IMG/VR virus record: IMGVR_UViG_3300037202_000055
Span: 1-28,799 of that record
Reading direction: 5' to 3' (one strand)
Length of the DNA: 28,799 nt
From: a virus
Lineage: Duplodnaviria > Caudoviricetes
The notes beneath the pieces are model-generated. The model was not told where the DNA came from and did not search any database. It worked only from the letters and a program-made list of their open reading frames with translations. How positions within the stretch are numbered: position 1 is the first letter of the stretch; the number at the start of each line of letters is the position of its first letter. This document shows, one piece after another, positions 17,205 through 25,579 of this stretch. The position numbers and the translations under genes were made by a program.

Positions 17205-17380
17205 GACGCGATCTCCTTCGACTTCCCCGCCAGCACCTTCCCTCGCGCAACTAAATCACGCGCTTCCGATTCATCGATTTGAAATGCAGCCGCAATCTCT
17301 CGAATATTGAGAGCGGCCGAAAGTGCGAGGGCGAGCCCTGCTTTGTCGTCGCGGTCTTTGTCGGGGTGTTTTAGTTTCAT
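17201..17380 (-). CDS. 59-aa protein with possible HTH (not in ORF track)
   Basis: [48 protein letters not shown]...; ATGA overlaps at both ends. Confidence 0.7.
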   Translation of the reverse strand: MKLKHPDKDRDDKAGLALALSAALNIREIAAAFQIDESEARDLVARGKVLAGKSKEIAS

Positions 17381-17634
17381 GCGATGTTCCGTGTGATCTT
17401 CTTGAGATCCGCCATTTCGCGGTGAAATCCTTCGTCTACTTTTTCAGTCCAATAGCCGTCATATTTCGCCGCTTGTCCGATGGCCTTAAGCCGTCCGGCC
17501 AGTATCATCGCGCCCTTGTATGAGCCGTCGAATCCGGCGACGAGGTCAACGACGCGGGACGATAGGCCCTCGCGCCGCAGTTTTTCGCCAACGCGCTTTA
17601 GGGCCATTGCATATTCCAGCGCTGCAATACTCAC
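17377..17634 (-). CDS. Hypothetical protein
   Basis: Coupled ORF in operon. Confidence 0.7.
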   Translation of the reverse strand: MSIAALEYAMALKRVGEKLRREGLSSRVVDLVAGFDGSYKGAMILAGRLKAIGQAAKYDGYWTEKVDEGFHREMADLKKITRNIA

Positions 17635-17891
17635 GACGTTTTACCCAAAACTACTTGTTTCCCGTGAAACGGTTTCCGCATCCGTTGCTCTCGCGTGAGA
17701 CTTTCCCTCGGAACCTTGACGCGTCCGCGTCCCCATTCTTTCTGATATGCGGTGTTGCAGGCACGGCAGTAGCGCTGCGGTGCCCTGTCATTTGGCCGGT
17801 CGCATTTTGAACAGCGCGGCACGCCGTCAAGCAAACCGCTCTCACGGCGCCGCTCTCGCGTCTTGGCGTGCATCACCGTCATTTGTTTCAT
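17631..17891 (-). CDS. Hypothetical zinc-finger protein
   Basis: CSKC...YCRAC; start at the ATGA overlap at 17891. Confidence 0.7.
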   Translation of the reverse strand: MKQMTVMHAKTRERRRESGLLDGVPRCSKCDRPNDRAPQRYCRACNTAYQKEWGRGRVKVPRESLTREQRMRKPFHGKQVVLGKTS

Positions 17892-18211
17892 GAGTATTGC
17901 TCCGCTGTCCAATTGTCCCAATCGAAGCCGCAGCGGCATTTGGCAAGAAAGGTCGGGCCACCGAGCACGGGCTGATTGATCGGCTCTCGTGTCTCTTCGC
18001 ATTTCGGGCAGGTCGGTTCTTGAATTGAAATCACAGTACCGGGCGGGAATAGCTGTGCATCCAGTGTCAGCGGTTCGTGATTAAAATCACCGTCTTTGTC
18101 ACCATCAGCGTAGCACCACCAGCGCGGCTCCATCTGGTCGCATTCCTTTCCGCCATACATATCCGGATTCATTTCGGCGCGCATCGTTTCGCGAAGTACT
18201 GGCTTGCTCAT
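17888..18211 (-). CDS. Hypothetical protein with Cys motifs
   Basis: CPKC...CRCGFDW; ATGA overlaps. Confidence 0.75.
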   Translation of the reverse strand: MSKPVLRETMRAEMNPDMYGGKECDQMEPRWWCYADGDKDGDFNHEPLTLDAQLFPPGTVISIQEPTCPKCEETREPINQPVLGGPTFLAKCRCGFDWDNWTAEQYS

Positions 18212-18483
18212 TCGCCCTTATCCTTCAGGTCGACCGCAGCCCGCACGACGTCGATAGTTTCGATGTCTGGAACCGGAGGCGCGAACGACTCCGGCCCGAG
18301 CCGTGGTGAAGTTTGTGCGAGGCGCAGCGCTATCGCAGCGCCATCGACGACCATGTTTGCGAGCTGCGCCCTTGATATTTCGAGGCGGTAGAAATCCTCG
18401 CCCTCAACGCGAAGGTTGAGCAGATAGACGTCGGGCGACGGGCAAGTTAAAAATGCCAAACGGGCCATGCGAGGGACGTTCAT
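18208..18483 (-). CDS. Hypothetical protein
   Basis: ATGA overlaps. Confidence 0.7.
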   Translation of the reverse strand: MNVPRMARLAFLTCPSPDVYLLNLRVEGEDFYRLEISRAQLANMVVDGAAIALRLAQTSPRLGPESFAPPVPDIETIDVVRAAVDLKDKGE

Positions 18484-19205
18484 GCGCGCCTCGCATATTC
18501 GCCGTAGTATTTTTGTTCGCCAGCCAAGCGGGCGCGGACAGCCTCTTCGAACGAACTAAATGAGCCGAGCCGAATTGTCTCATCATTGACGTATACCGAA
18601 GCCACCCAACTATTCCGGTGGCGCCGGACGCCGCTTTTGCCAGAAGTGTTGTTTTTACTTAAGCCTTTATTGAAACAGTTTTGCGCGTAGGTGCAGACGC
18701 GCAAGTTTTCCCGTCGATTGTTCATCGGATCGCCGTCCTTATGATCTACGCACATTTCCATCGGGGCATTCATCAGAACGCGCTGGAGATGGACTTGCCT
18801 CCGCTCTCCGGGCGGAGTTGCGGAGGCGTAATAATGACCCTCAGCCCGTTTCGAAACATACCAAGTTAGCCCCAAAACGAGGGGAAGGTCGGCGATGTCT
18901 ATGATTGCGCAAAACCCCTGCGTAAGAGGAATCCTTGCAATATCTCCGTCAATAAGCGGAACGCGGTCGGCGGGACGGCCTCTCTTCAGCCCTCCCTCGC
19001 GCGGAGTACAAAGAAGCTTCACACCCAGCGCAATTGCCCTTTTTACGACTGAGTAGTTTTGGCAGCCAATTTCGGCGCCTATCTGCGTAGACGACAATCC
19101 TAGCAGGGCCAGCGCTTTCAATTTCTCCGACCGCTCTAGGGTCCAATTAAACCGAGCCCTTCGGTTCTTTGGATAAGGTCGTTTTGCGGGACGGGGCGTG
19201 TTCAT
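18480..19205 (-). CDS. HNH-AP2 endonuclease with N-terminal GcrA-like HTH
   Basis: WTLER...GLSSTQIGAEIG; IPLTQG..AIID; VDHKDGDPMNNRRENLR; NNTSG..GV...W.A...LGSF...EEA..AR (AP2). Confidence 0.92.
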   Translation of the reverse strand: MNTPRPAKRPYPKNRRARFNWTLERSEKLKALALLGLSSTQIGAEIGCQNYSVVKRAIALGVKLLCTPREGGLKRGRPADRVPLIDGDIARIPLTQGFCAIIDIADLPLVLGLTWYVSKRAEGHYYASATPPGERRQVHLQRVLMNAPMEMCVDHKDGDPMNNRRENLRVCTYAQNCFNKGLSKNNTSGKSGVRRHRNSWVASVYVNDETIRLGSFSSFEEAVRARLAGEQKYYGEYARRA

Positions 19206-19510
19206 AGCGATTTCCCCATAATGTCAACGAGGACGCCAATCGGTCCAGACGGTGTTCCGTCCGAATCGCGCGTGAGCGCGTGGCTGATTGCGGAAAGAGG
19301 AACGCTGTATTGGAGTGCCAGGCTCAGCAACACCGCGGAATCGCGGGCGAGCGTCATGGCCTGTTCGCCAGTTTTTCCGCAATTGATAAACACTTCGGAG
19401 ATGGGCGCGTCCGGATCAGCCCGGCCAAAGCCAACGATATAACGGAGTCCCCAGTGCGTGAATCGCACAGTTTCATGGGCGCGACGATTTGGTAACGGCT
19501 TCCGGTTCAC
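19202..19510 (-). CDS. Stand-alone TSCPD-like domain (resembles the class II RNR C-terminus)
   Basis: RKPLPNRR...EVFI...K.G...A.LLSLALQY.VPL; GTG start at 19510. Confidence 0.75.
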   Translation of the reverse strand: MNRKPLPNRRAHETVRFTHWGLRYIVGFGRADPDAPISEVFINCGKTGEQAMTLARDSAVLLSLALQYSVPLSAISHALTRDSDGTPSGPIGVLVDIMGKSL

Positions 19511-19932
19511 ACTACGGCCCTCGCTGCAGCTAGGATGACCGCGCGTTCTTCCGACGAAAAGGGCCGATACGAAAGATCGTCCGGCTTCATAAAGTAGACG
19601 GGCTTGCCAGCCACGACGAACGCCTCGATTTCGTGACCGATGCCGTGAGACGATTCCCAACCGGTCATCACCGCGACGATCATCGCATCCGATTTATCCA
19701 TCATAGCCGCGTCGAACGGCAACCAGATCGAATGATCGAGCGGATCGATATTCCCGTGGATCGCCACCGGATGCGTATGTGCAATCGGAGAATATACCGA
19801 GAGACCTTCGCGCAATAGCCGCGCCGTGATCCTGCAGGCGTCGACAAACGCCGCGTCGATGCCGCCTGGGTAGCGGCTATACGGTGTGCCGATATAGATC
19901 AGATCGAACTTTTTCAGATCATCGAGATTCAT
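19507..19932 (-). CDS. DUF1937-family (nucleoside deoxyribosyltransferase-like fold) protein
   Basis: IYIGTPYS...VYSPIAHTH...W..FD...GWESS.G...EI. Confidence 0.85.
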   Translation of the reverse strand: MNLDDLKKFDLIYIGTPYSRYPGGIDAAFVDACRITARLLREGLSVYSPIAHTHPVAIHGNIDPLDHSIWLPFDAAMMDKSDAMIVAVMTGWESSHGIGHEIEAFVVAGKPVYFMKPDDLSYRPFSSEERAVILAAARAVV

Positions 19933-20075
19933 TTCAAATTCTCCAAATACTCCTGACCGGCCTCAGTCAGATACATCTGTAAATCCAGACCAATCTCCGC
20001 AAAGCCAACAGCCAGCGCGGTCACTGACGGACTCCACGGGCTGGTCTCAAATAGGAATTGGGCTATCGATCTCAT
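19929..20075 (-). CDS. Small hypothetical protein
   Basis: MRSIAQFLFE...; ATGA overlaps at both ends. Confidence 0.6.
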   Translation of the reverse strand: MRSIAQFLFETSPWSPSVTALAVGFAEIGLDLQMYLTEAGQEYLENLK

Positions 20076-20671
20076 TCTGCGGCCTCCGCGAACTTGTCGG
20101 TCTGGTTGCCCCATACGTCCCAGCCCTTGCGGGGAGCGCGGGCGAATAGTTCGAGATAGGGACCGGCGACGAGGCGCTCTATGCCTTCATGCACGCCATC
20201 AGGCTTGCGGGAGTGTTCGCGCGCTGGAGCAACAATTGCTTGCCTAACCCCAGCACTAACCCGCTTTGGCTTACCTCTGGTCGCCAATAGACAAACCTCG
20301 CTGTTGCTCCGAGTCCAATAGCCAAGTTTCATTTCTGTTTTAATCTCTTCTTGAAAAAAATTAGGCTGTGTATTGTTTGCCTTTATCCATGCAAATCCGC
20401 ATGTCTTATAAACAAAGCCCCATTGCTCTATGCAGTTGATGCAATCAAGAAGCATCGGCCATGTCACCCAACAAAGCAGCACGCAATCAGGCGCGGCAAG
20501 GCTGGCGACTGGCAGCGCGGCTATTTCATCCATCGTCATAAATTTATAAGGCTGCTCTTTCGTCCGGGCCGGAACGGCCAATCCGCTCCATTTAGGAAAC
20601 GCCCACGGCGGATCAGCTAGGATCGCCCCGTAATGCCCGCGCGGGAGATCGGCGAAGATATCAGCGTTCAT
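20072..20671 (-). CDS. MT-A70-family N6-adenine methyltransferase
   Basis: ILADPPW, WGFVYKT, GYWTRSNSE, HSRKP, LELFAR, GWDVWGNQ. Confidence 0.95.
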   Translation of the reverse strand: MNADIFADLPRGHYGAILADPPWAFPKWSGLAVPARTKEQPYKFMTMDEIAALPVASLAAPDCVLLCWVTWPMLLDCINCIEQWGFVYKTCGFAWIKANNTQPNFFQEEIKTEMKLGYWTRSNSEVCLLATRGKPKRVSAGVRQAIVAPAREHSRKPDGVHEGIERLVAGPYLELFARAPRKGWDVWGNQTDKFAEAAE

Positions 20672-21027
20672 GCGGACCTCGGAGCGTTTACGAATTCAAG
20701 TAAAAAAGCGGCGTGACATTCAGCAGATGCTGGGCACCAGCACGCAAGGTTCTTTCCTCTCAGCGTCTCCCGCTGCGCTTCGGCGTGGCGAAGGAATTCC
20801 ATCTGCGCATCTGCCGTTGCCTTGGTGGTTAGTGCTATGTAACCGCCGAGAAGTTTCCTGAAGAGGTCGACGCATTCCGCGCGCGTGCCGTCTTCGCCGA
20901 CGACGAATGGATTGCCCCACGGGCCTGGCCGCGCGACGGGGACGGCGTAAAGGCCGTTTAGCGATTTCGATGCCTCTTGCAGGCTGAAGCCCTTGGCGCG
21001 GGAAAGTTGGATGCGTTGCGGATTCAT
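20668..21027 (-). CDS. DUF4326-family protein
   Basis: RIQLSR.KG, V.RP..WGNPF, LRGKNLACWC, CHA. Confidence 0.9.
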   Translation of the reverse strand: MNPQRIQLSRAKGFSLQEASKSLNGLYAVPVARPGPWGNPFVVGEDGTRAECVDLFRKLLGGYIALTTKATADAQMEFLRHAEAQRETLRGKNLACWCPASAECHAAFLLEFVNAPRSA

Positions 21028-21164
21028 GCGGACACCTTATCAGTCCAGAAAAGCAGCTCCGCCGCGCATGCGCCGCCGAACCAGCCCCAAAAGAAATTGT
21101 CGCTTACCGACCGAAAGATCGCGCACAGCCCGCATACCGCCAAGAATTCTGCAACGACCGTCAT
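21024..21164 (-). CDS. 46-aa hydrophobic peptide (not in ORF track)
   Basis: MTVVAEFLAVCGLCAIFRSVSDNFFWGWFGGACAAELLFWTDKVSA; ATGA overlaps at both ends. Confidence 0.6.
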   Translation of the reverse strand: MTVVAEFLAVCGLCAIFRSVSDNFFWGWFGGACAAELLFWTDKVSA

Positions 21165-21454
21165 ACCGACACCTCAAATAAATCAGGCGTGTTTTCGCAG
21201 CGCATCGGTTTTGACGGCTCAGTGGTGAAAGCCGTGCAGCGCGGGTTGCTGCCGTCGTCGTTTTCAATCCACGCCTTGGGGAATTCAGGATCGCGAATAT
21301 CGTATGCGAGCGCGTTGGCGAGTATCTGGCAACCGAGCGCCGGATCTACATCCGGACCCGAACGGAATTCAGCGTCACGCGCGCAACCCTCGCACCAATA
21401 ATGATCGAAGATATCGCCTTCGCTTCCGTTGCTCGGACGGTATGACTTGCTCAT
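21161..21454 (-). CDS. Hypothetical Cys-containing phage protein
   Basis: YRPSNGSEG..F...WCEGC...C.I...W...CTAF; start at 21454. Confidence 0.75.
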   Translation of the reverse strand: MSKSYRPSNGSEGDIFDHYWCEGCARDAEFRSGPDVDPALGCQILANALAYDIRDPEFPKAWIENDDGSNPRCTAFTTEPSKPMRCENTPDLFEVSV

Positions 21455-21804
21455 GCGGCCCTCCCGTGGAATAGGCCGCTGCGATAGACCGGATAATTGT
21501 GCTTGTGCTTGCCGGCGTCGCTGACGCACGGGCGGATCGTTCCGGTTCGGACAATATCGCCATTCTTGATCGCGCGAAGCCAGATCGCGCCCATACAATT
21601 CGGATGAGAGGGCTTCACCTTCAAATAACGGATGAGGTCGTCTATATGCACTTCACATTGTCGCCGCGCAACATGGCAGATCGCGGCATAAGCCGTTTCC
21701 GCGAAATCTGGATTGACCAGCGTCTCGGCGAATTCAGCTTCAACCATGCCGATGTCGCGATTGTGCGCAGCCCAATCGAATAACGTGGATGAGGAATTCA
21801 GCAT
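21451..21804 (-). CDS. Hypothetical phage protein (possible wHTH)
   Basis: PSHPNCMGAIW..A...G.I..TG; in operon. Confidence 0.75.
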   Translation of the reverse strand: MLNSSSTLFDWAAHNRDIGMVEAEFAETLVNPDFAETAYAAICHVARRQCEVHIDDLIRYLKVKPSHPNCMGAIWLRAIKNGDIVRTGTIRPCVSDAGKHKHNYPVYRSGLFHGRAA

Positions 21805-22199
21805 GCCGACATCTCCGCTGTATTCCGCACGGCCTGCGCAAACATCTCGCGTAACGCGTTCTTTGACATTTCCGGAATGCGCGGGAGTTGGTTGCGATAG
21901 ATCGGCGCCGTTCTGCTCGTGCCAAACGCTACGGTTATGTTAATGGATGGCGTCTTGCCCGCGCGGCGTCTATCCTGTTTCCGTTTCTCGCGTGCCCTGT
22001 CATTGACGCGCATCGCGGCCAGTTCGGCGGCGGTATGCATCACAACGTCAATATTTCGGCGAGTACAGCATGTCAGGACGCTTTGCTTAGATGTCCCGAT
22101 AATCGCGCCGATTTCGGACGCGGTTAATCCGCTGACCGCGAGGCTGCACAATTGAGTGCGCCTTTCGTCCGTCCAGAAATTCCGACTGCTATTGTTCAT
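21798..22199 (-). CDS. Protein with GcrA-like N-terminal HTH
   Basis: WTDERRTQL..L...GLTASEIGAIIGTSKQSV. Confidence 0.75.
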   Translation of the reverse strand: MNNSSRNFWTDERRTQLCSLAVSGLTASEIGAIIGTSKQSVLTCCTRRNIDVVMHTAAELAAMRVNDRAREKRKQDRRRAGKTPSINITVAFGTSRTAPIYRNQLPRIPEMSKNALREMFAQAVRNTAEMSAC

Positions 22200-22546
22200 G
22201 CCGCGCATCCGAGTTCGGTTCTGATAGAGGCGAGCAATTGCCTCGTGCCGCCGTCTTCCCGTGCAAGCCGTTCGATTTTTCGAATGCCTGATAAAACGGT
22301 CGTATGATCGCGATCCCCGAACGCGCGCCCGATGGCGGGATAGGATTTAAGCGTGAGGTGGCGAGCGAGATACATCGCGACGTGGCGCGGCATGATCACC
22401 TCACCGGGCCGCCGGTCGGAGTTGATGTCGTTCACCGTGATGCCAGCAAACCGTCCGCAAACCGCGCTTTGGATATCGCGAATCGTTGGCGCGGGCTTCG
22501 ACTCCGCATCCATTTCGCAAACGATATGGAACCACGGGGCCTTCAT
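22196..22546 (-). CDS. Stand-alone DnaA C-terminal DNA-binding domain protein
   Basis: IQSAVC...RR...PRHVAMYLARHLT..SYPAIGRAFGDRDHTTVL..IRKI; start at 22546. Confidence 0.92.
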   Translation of the reverse strand: MKAPWFHIVCEMDAESKPAPTIRDIQSAVCGRFAGITVNDINSDRRPGEVIMPRHVAMYLARHLTLKSYPAIGRAFGDRDHTTVLSGIRKIERLAREDGGTRQLLASIRTELGCAA

Positions 22547-23136
22547 GCCGCGATTCCCTTGGTCGCAGCGCGTTCGGATCCGGTGCCGGGTCCGCTCGTA
22601 AGATCGTGATGGCCACCACAATAAGGCGACTTAACATCAACGCCAGCACGTCCATATGTGAAACGCGGATGGCCACAAAAACGATATTCAGATGGATGGC
22701 CCACGCCATATATATATTTACAATCGCCCGCCTGTAATTCGGCGAACGTCACGAGGCGAGGCACGATATCCACGCTGCGGAGTTCTGCGATCTCCGCGGA
22801 CATGGTGGATTGGATGACGCGAGTGCCGCCGTTGCCGCCATTGGCGATCTTGTAGATCGCGTGGTGGTCGCCCTGGCGCTTGCGATCGCGTGACGCTCTC
22901 GGTGCCTTGGCCTTCTTTTCGGGCTTCGGTTGTTTTTTGAATGACGGTTCACTGAGTCCGAGGCGGTGAATTTTCCCGATCACGGCGTTGCGTGTAAGTC
23001 CATCTCCCAAGGAGCCAGCAATCTGCGTCGCCGAAAGTCCACGATGCCATAGACGTTCAAGTTCGGCCGAACGTTCTGGGGGCCAAGGCATGTTATTGCG
23101 AACGCGTTCGATCGTAACTGTTTCTGTTTCAGACAT
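22543..23136 (-). CDS. gcrA: GcrA-family cell-cycle regulator homologue
   Basis: W..ER...L.RLW..GLSATQIA..LG..TRNAVIGKIHRLGLS; C-terminal CKY..G...FCG...PYC..H; start at ATG 23136. Confidence 0.92.
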   Translation of the reverse strand: MSETETVTIERVRNNMPWPPERSAELERLWHRGLSATQIAGSLGDGLTRNAVIGKIHRLGLSEPSFKKQPKPEKKAKAPRASRDRKRQGDHHAIYKIANGGNGGTRVIQSTMSAEIAELRSVDIVPRLVTFAELQAGDCKYIYGVGHPSEYRFCGHPRFTYGRAGVDVKSPYCGGHHDLTSGPGTGSERAATKGIAA

Positions 23137-23301
23137 TGCGATCCTTGATGTTGAGAGAAACGAGACGCGGTCGGGAACAAAAACTATGCAGAGGTCGTCG
23201 ACCATGAACGCAGAACACACCACTTCCAAAACGGAAACGCTGGCCGACTTTCTGAAAACCGATTCCTCTGCTAACCGATCGAAAGGTCCGTCCTGGTGAA
23301 C

Positions 23302-23487
23302 TTATGTGACAGCCGCTCGGATCGCGTCCCATGCCTTCTTTTTGCGATACCAAGGATGGCGCATCAGCGATTTCTCGCGATCGGATTCATCTTTGAACGT
23401 GAACGCGACGAATGCTGCGCGAGGATTCGGATAAGGACCGCGCTTTGGCTTATTGGCGTGGACACATTTTTTTCTCATCGCGGTCAT
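23302..23487 (-). CDS. Small basic hypothetical protein
   Basis: ATGA overlap with the upstream gene. Confidence 0.55.
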   Translation of the reverse strand: MTAMRKKCVHANKPKRGPYPNPRAAFVAFTFKDESDREKSLMRHPWYRKKKAWDAIRAAVT

Positions 23488-23963
23488 TGGTTCATTTTAC
23501 CTTGCGCCGCAGGCGTTTCTGCAACAGCGTGTTCCACCATTTGAACAATCGGCGAAACAACAGCATTGTCGGATAATTCCTTCTTCACTTCGAGGATTCC
23601 AGTATCCATATCCCGAAGAGCGCGAGCTGCCCGAAGCAACGCAAGCACGTCATCCCTATTACGATCCTTGTTGCTTTCATTCAGTACTCCTGCCGCCATC
23701 TCGAATTTCGTCGCGAGTGCCCGCGCCTCATTCCGTTCCCTCTCGGCTGCGCTTAGAACGCCTAATGCGACGCTGACTTTCGGGTCGTTACACCGGCCAT
23801 AAAAAAGCGATTCGATCTGCTGGTAGGTAACGCCGGATTTATGCGCGGCACGCGCCAGCCAATTTTTTCTGCTTCCTTGATAGAGACCAGCCGCCGCGCC
23901 GATCTCATTTTTCCAGTTGATCAAGTCGAACATTTTATTTTTTCTGTCCAACATTTGTGACAT
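23484..23963 (-). CDS. Putative CII-like HTH regulator
   Basis: WLARAAHKSGVTYQQIESLFYG..DP; position near the start of the operon. Confidence 0.7.
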   Translation of the reverse strand: MSQMLDRKNKMFDLINWKNEIGAAAGLYQGSRKNWLARAAHKSGVTYQQIESLFYGRCNDPKVSVALGVLSAAERERNEARALATKFEMAAGVLNESNKDRNRDDVLALLRAARALRDMDTGILEVKKELSDNAVVSPIVQMVEHAVAETPAAQGKMNQ

Positions 23964-24376
23964 TTTTCAATTCCCCATCGGCATGACACCATCATGTCCA
24001 TGAACGACAACGACAATGATCCTTTTACTGATCCTGGTGGTTCTTCGGCGACGGGCTCGCGGAAGAAAAAAGTCCGGGTATGGGTGGCATTAAACGATCC
24101 AATCGATGACACCTTCGAAGGTGACTATATTTCTCAACTCTTGCGGGAGGCGGTTATATGGACCCGACGCGCCAACGAAGCCTGATAATGTCTCTGATAA
24201 GTTCTTGGCATCCGCCCTAGGTGCACCGGGAACCACATGTCCCTGCGATTTTTCGAAAGGAAGCGATGCTATGTTATTGTTGATGGTCATGCTGGTGCTC
24301 TGCGCTGTCGTTGTACAGTTAGTGTGGTGCGATTAGGCGCGTGAATCGTGATCGCGTTCATTTCAGCGCTCCTATC

Positions 24377-24724
24377 TCAGGGGCGATTTTTGTTGCCCAA
24401 TCTGCAAACAACATCGAGATGGCGAGCAATTTCTTGGCTATGAAAAGCCTCATCAATGACCCGGAGACGTTCAATAACGATTTTCTGGCGCTCCATGAGC
24501 TTCTGAAGTTCACGTTGGGTCTCGATGATTTCAACGGCGTTTCGGATTTCAATTGCAGCCCAATGTTTGTCATCGATTTCCCCGTACCAAAGCCCTTTGA
24601 CAATTCTTAACGAAAGGCCCGGGACTTTCTCCGGCACTCTCGCAAGCCATGATTCCCGGGTGTCTCCCCAGCCTCTTGGGCCGGCTAACATTGCGATCTC
24701 TCGCTTCATCGGATTCAACTCCAC
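24377..24724 (-). CDS. Putative HTH regulator, paralogue of 23484-23963
   Basis: RESWLARV....PGLSLRIVKGLWYGE; likely ATG at 24709 behind GGAG. Confidence 0.7.
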   Translation of the reverse strand: MELNPMKREIAMLAGPRGWGDTRESWLARVPEKVPGLSLRIVKGLWYGEIDDKHWAAIEIRNAVEIIETQRELQKLMERQKIVIERLRVIDEAFHSQEIARHLDVVCRLGNKNRP

Positions 24725-24796
24725 TCAACAACGCCCCGTTACTTTTCGTTTTTATTTATTCGCGGAAACCATTTCCGGCCGCGATTTGATTTTAGC

Positions 24797-24826
24797 TTGT
24801 ATAACTCCCATTTTGGTGACAGTCTA
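24797..24826. promoter_or_regulatory. Candidate overlapping divergent sigma70 promoters
   Basis: Plus: TTGTAT-N17-CAGTCT. Minus: TAGACT-N17-TATACA. Both lie in the 126-bp gap where gene orientation switches. Confidence 0.45.
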
Positions 24827-24850
24827 CCCCTATCTTGGGGGAGATGGAAG

Positions 24851-25033
24851 ATGACGACCCGCAAAAGCACCCAAAAATTCTACGTCTACCACATCGAAGC
24901 TGACCTCATTGTTTTGTCCGGCGCGTCCAAGACCGAGGCGACCACGTTCGCTCGCCACATGGACGAGGGCCGCAAGGGCAAGCCCCGCTTCGCGGTTGCG
25001 CCGGTCGCAACTCGCATTGCGGAGTCCGCGTGA
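24851..25033 (+). CDS. Hypothetical protein, first gene of the divergent operon
   Basis: SD GGGAG; MTTRKSTQKFYVYH... Confidence 0.7.
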   Translation: MTTRKSTQKFYVYHIEADLIVLSGASKTEATTFARHMDEGRKGKPRFAVAPVATRIAESA

Positions 25034-25140
25034 TGTCCAACGCACAATTCTACGGCTTCACGATCCTCATCTCATTGCTCGCCGCACCGTATGTCGCGGT
25101 TTTAAGCTTTCTCGTCCAGTGGCCCGCATTCGGAAACTGA
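25033..25140 (+). CDS. 35-aa membrane peptide (not in ORF track)
   Basis: MSNAQFYGFTILISLLAAPYVAVLSFLVQWPAFGN; TGATG overlap; SD GGAG. Confidence 0.65.
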   Translation: MSNAQFYGFTILISLLAAPYVAVLSFLVQWPAFGN

Positions 25141-25169
25141 TCGCCTAACAGCACGAAGGGAAATGACAG

Positions 25170-25379
25170 ATGGATCACCGAACTGAAACCACATCTATGC
25201 CGGTCGTTCTTACCGTAGATGATCCGCACTATTCGGTGGCTGAAATCGTCGCCTGCATGCGCGTCTCTGCAACGATGTTGAAAATGGCAGACGGCGACCG
25301 GCCCGCGTCGCAAAAATATAATCGCGGGCAAGCCGCGCTTTTGACCGCCGCCGCAAACGATCTGGAAGCGCAGCAATGA
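25170..25379 (+). CDS. Hypothetical protein
   Basis: In operon; ATGA overlap downstream. Confidence 0.65.
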   Translation: MDHRTETTSMPVVLTVDDPHYSVAEIVACMRVSATMLKMADGDRPASQKYNRGQAALLTAAANDLEAQQ

Positions 25380-25579
25380 TCGTTCAACAAGCCTTAGAGC
25401 AAGTGATTGCCCCCGTCATGGACGCTCTGGAAAAGACCGAACGCGATCTGATGTTGCGTGATTTGCGGATCATGCGTTTGCGGATGGCTTTGGAATTTAT
25501 CCGCGACCACGACGCTCATCCGCAGAGGACGCGGATTTATGCAGAGAGCGCTTTAGAAGCCGATGAGGTGATGTCTTGA
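25376..25579 (+). CDS. Hypothetical protein
   Basis: Coupled ORF; ends EVMS. Confidence 0.7.
   Translation: MIVQQALEQVIAPVMDALEKTERDLMLRDLRIMRLRMALEFIRDHDAHPQRTRIYAESALEADEVMS

Noticed and set aside
12784-20671. Mrr and MT-A70 as a restriction-modification pair
   Set aside because: They are 5.7 kb apart in separate modules. MT-A70 genes are commonly solitary in phages, and Mrr-type enzymes usually cut modified DNA.
23994-24290. Small ORFs (23994-24185 plus, 24090-24290 minus) as the missing Cro/CI
   Set aside because: Neither has an HTH pattern and they overlap each other. Left uncalled.
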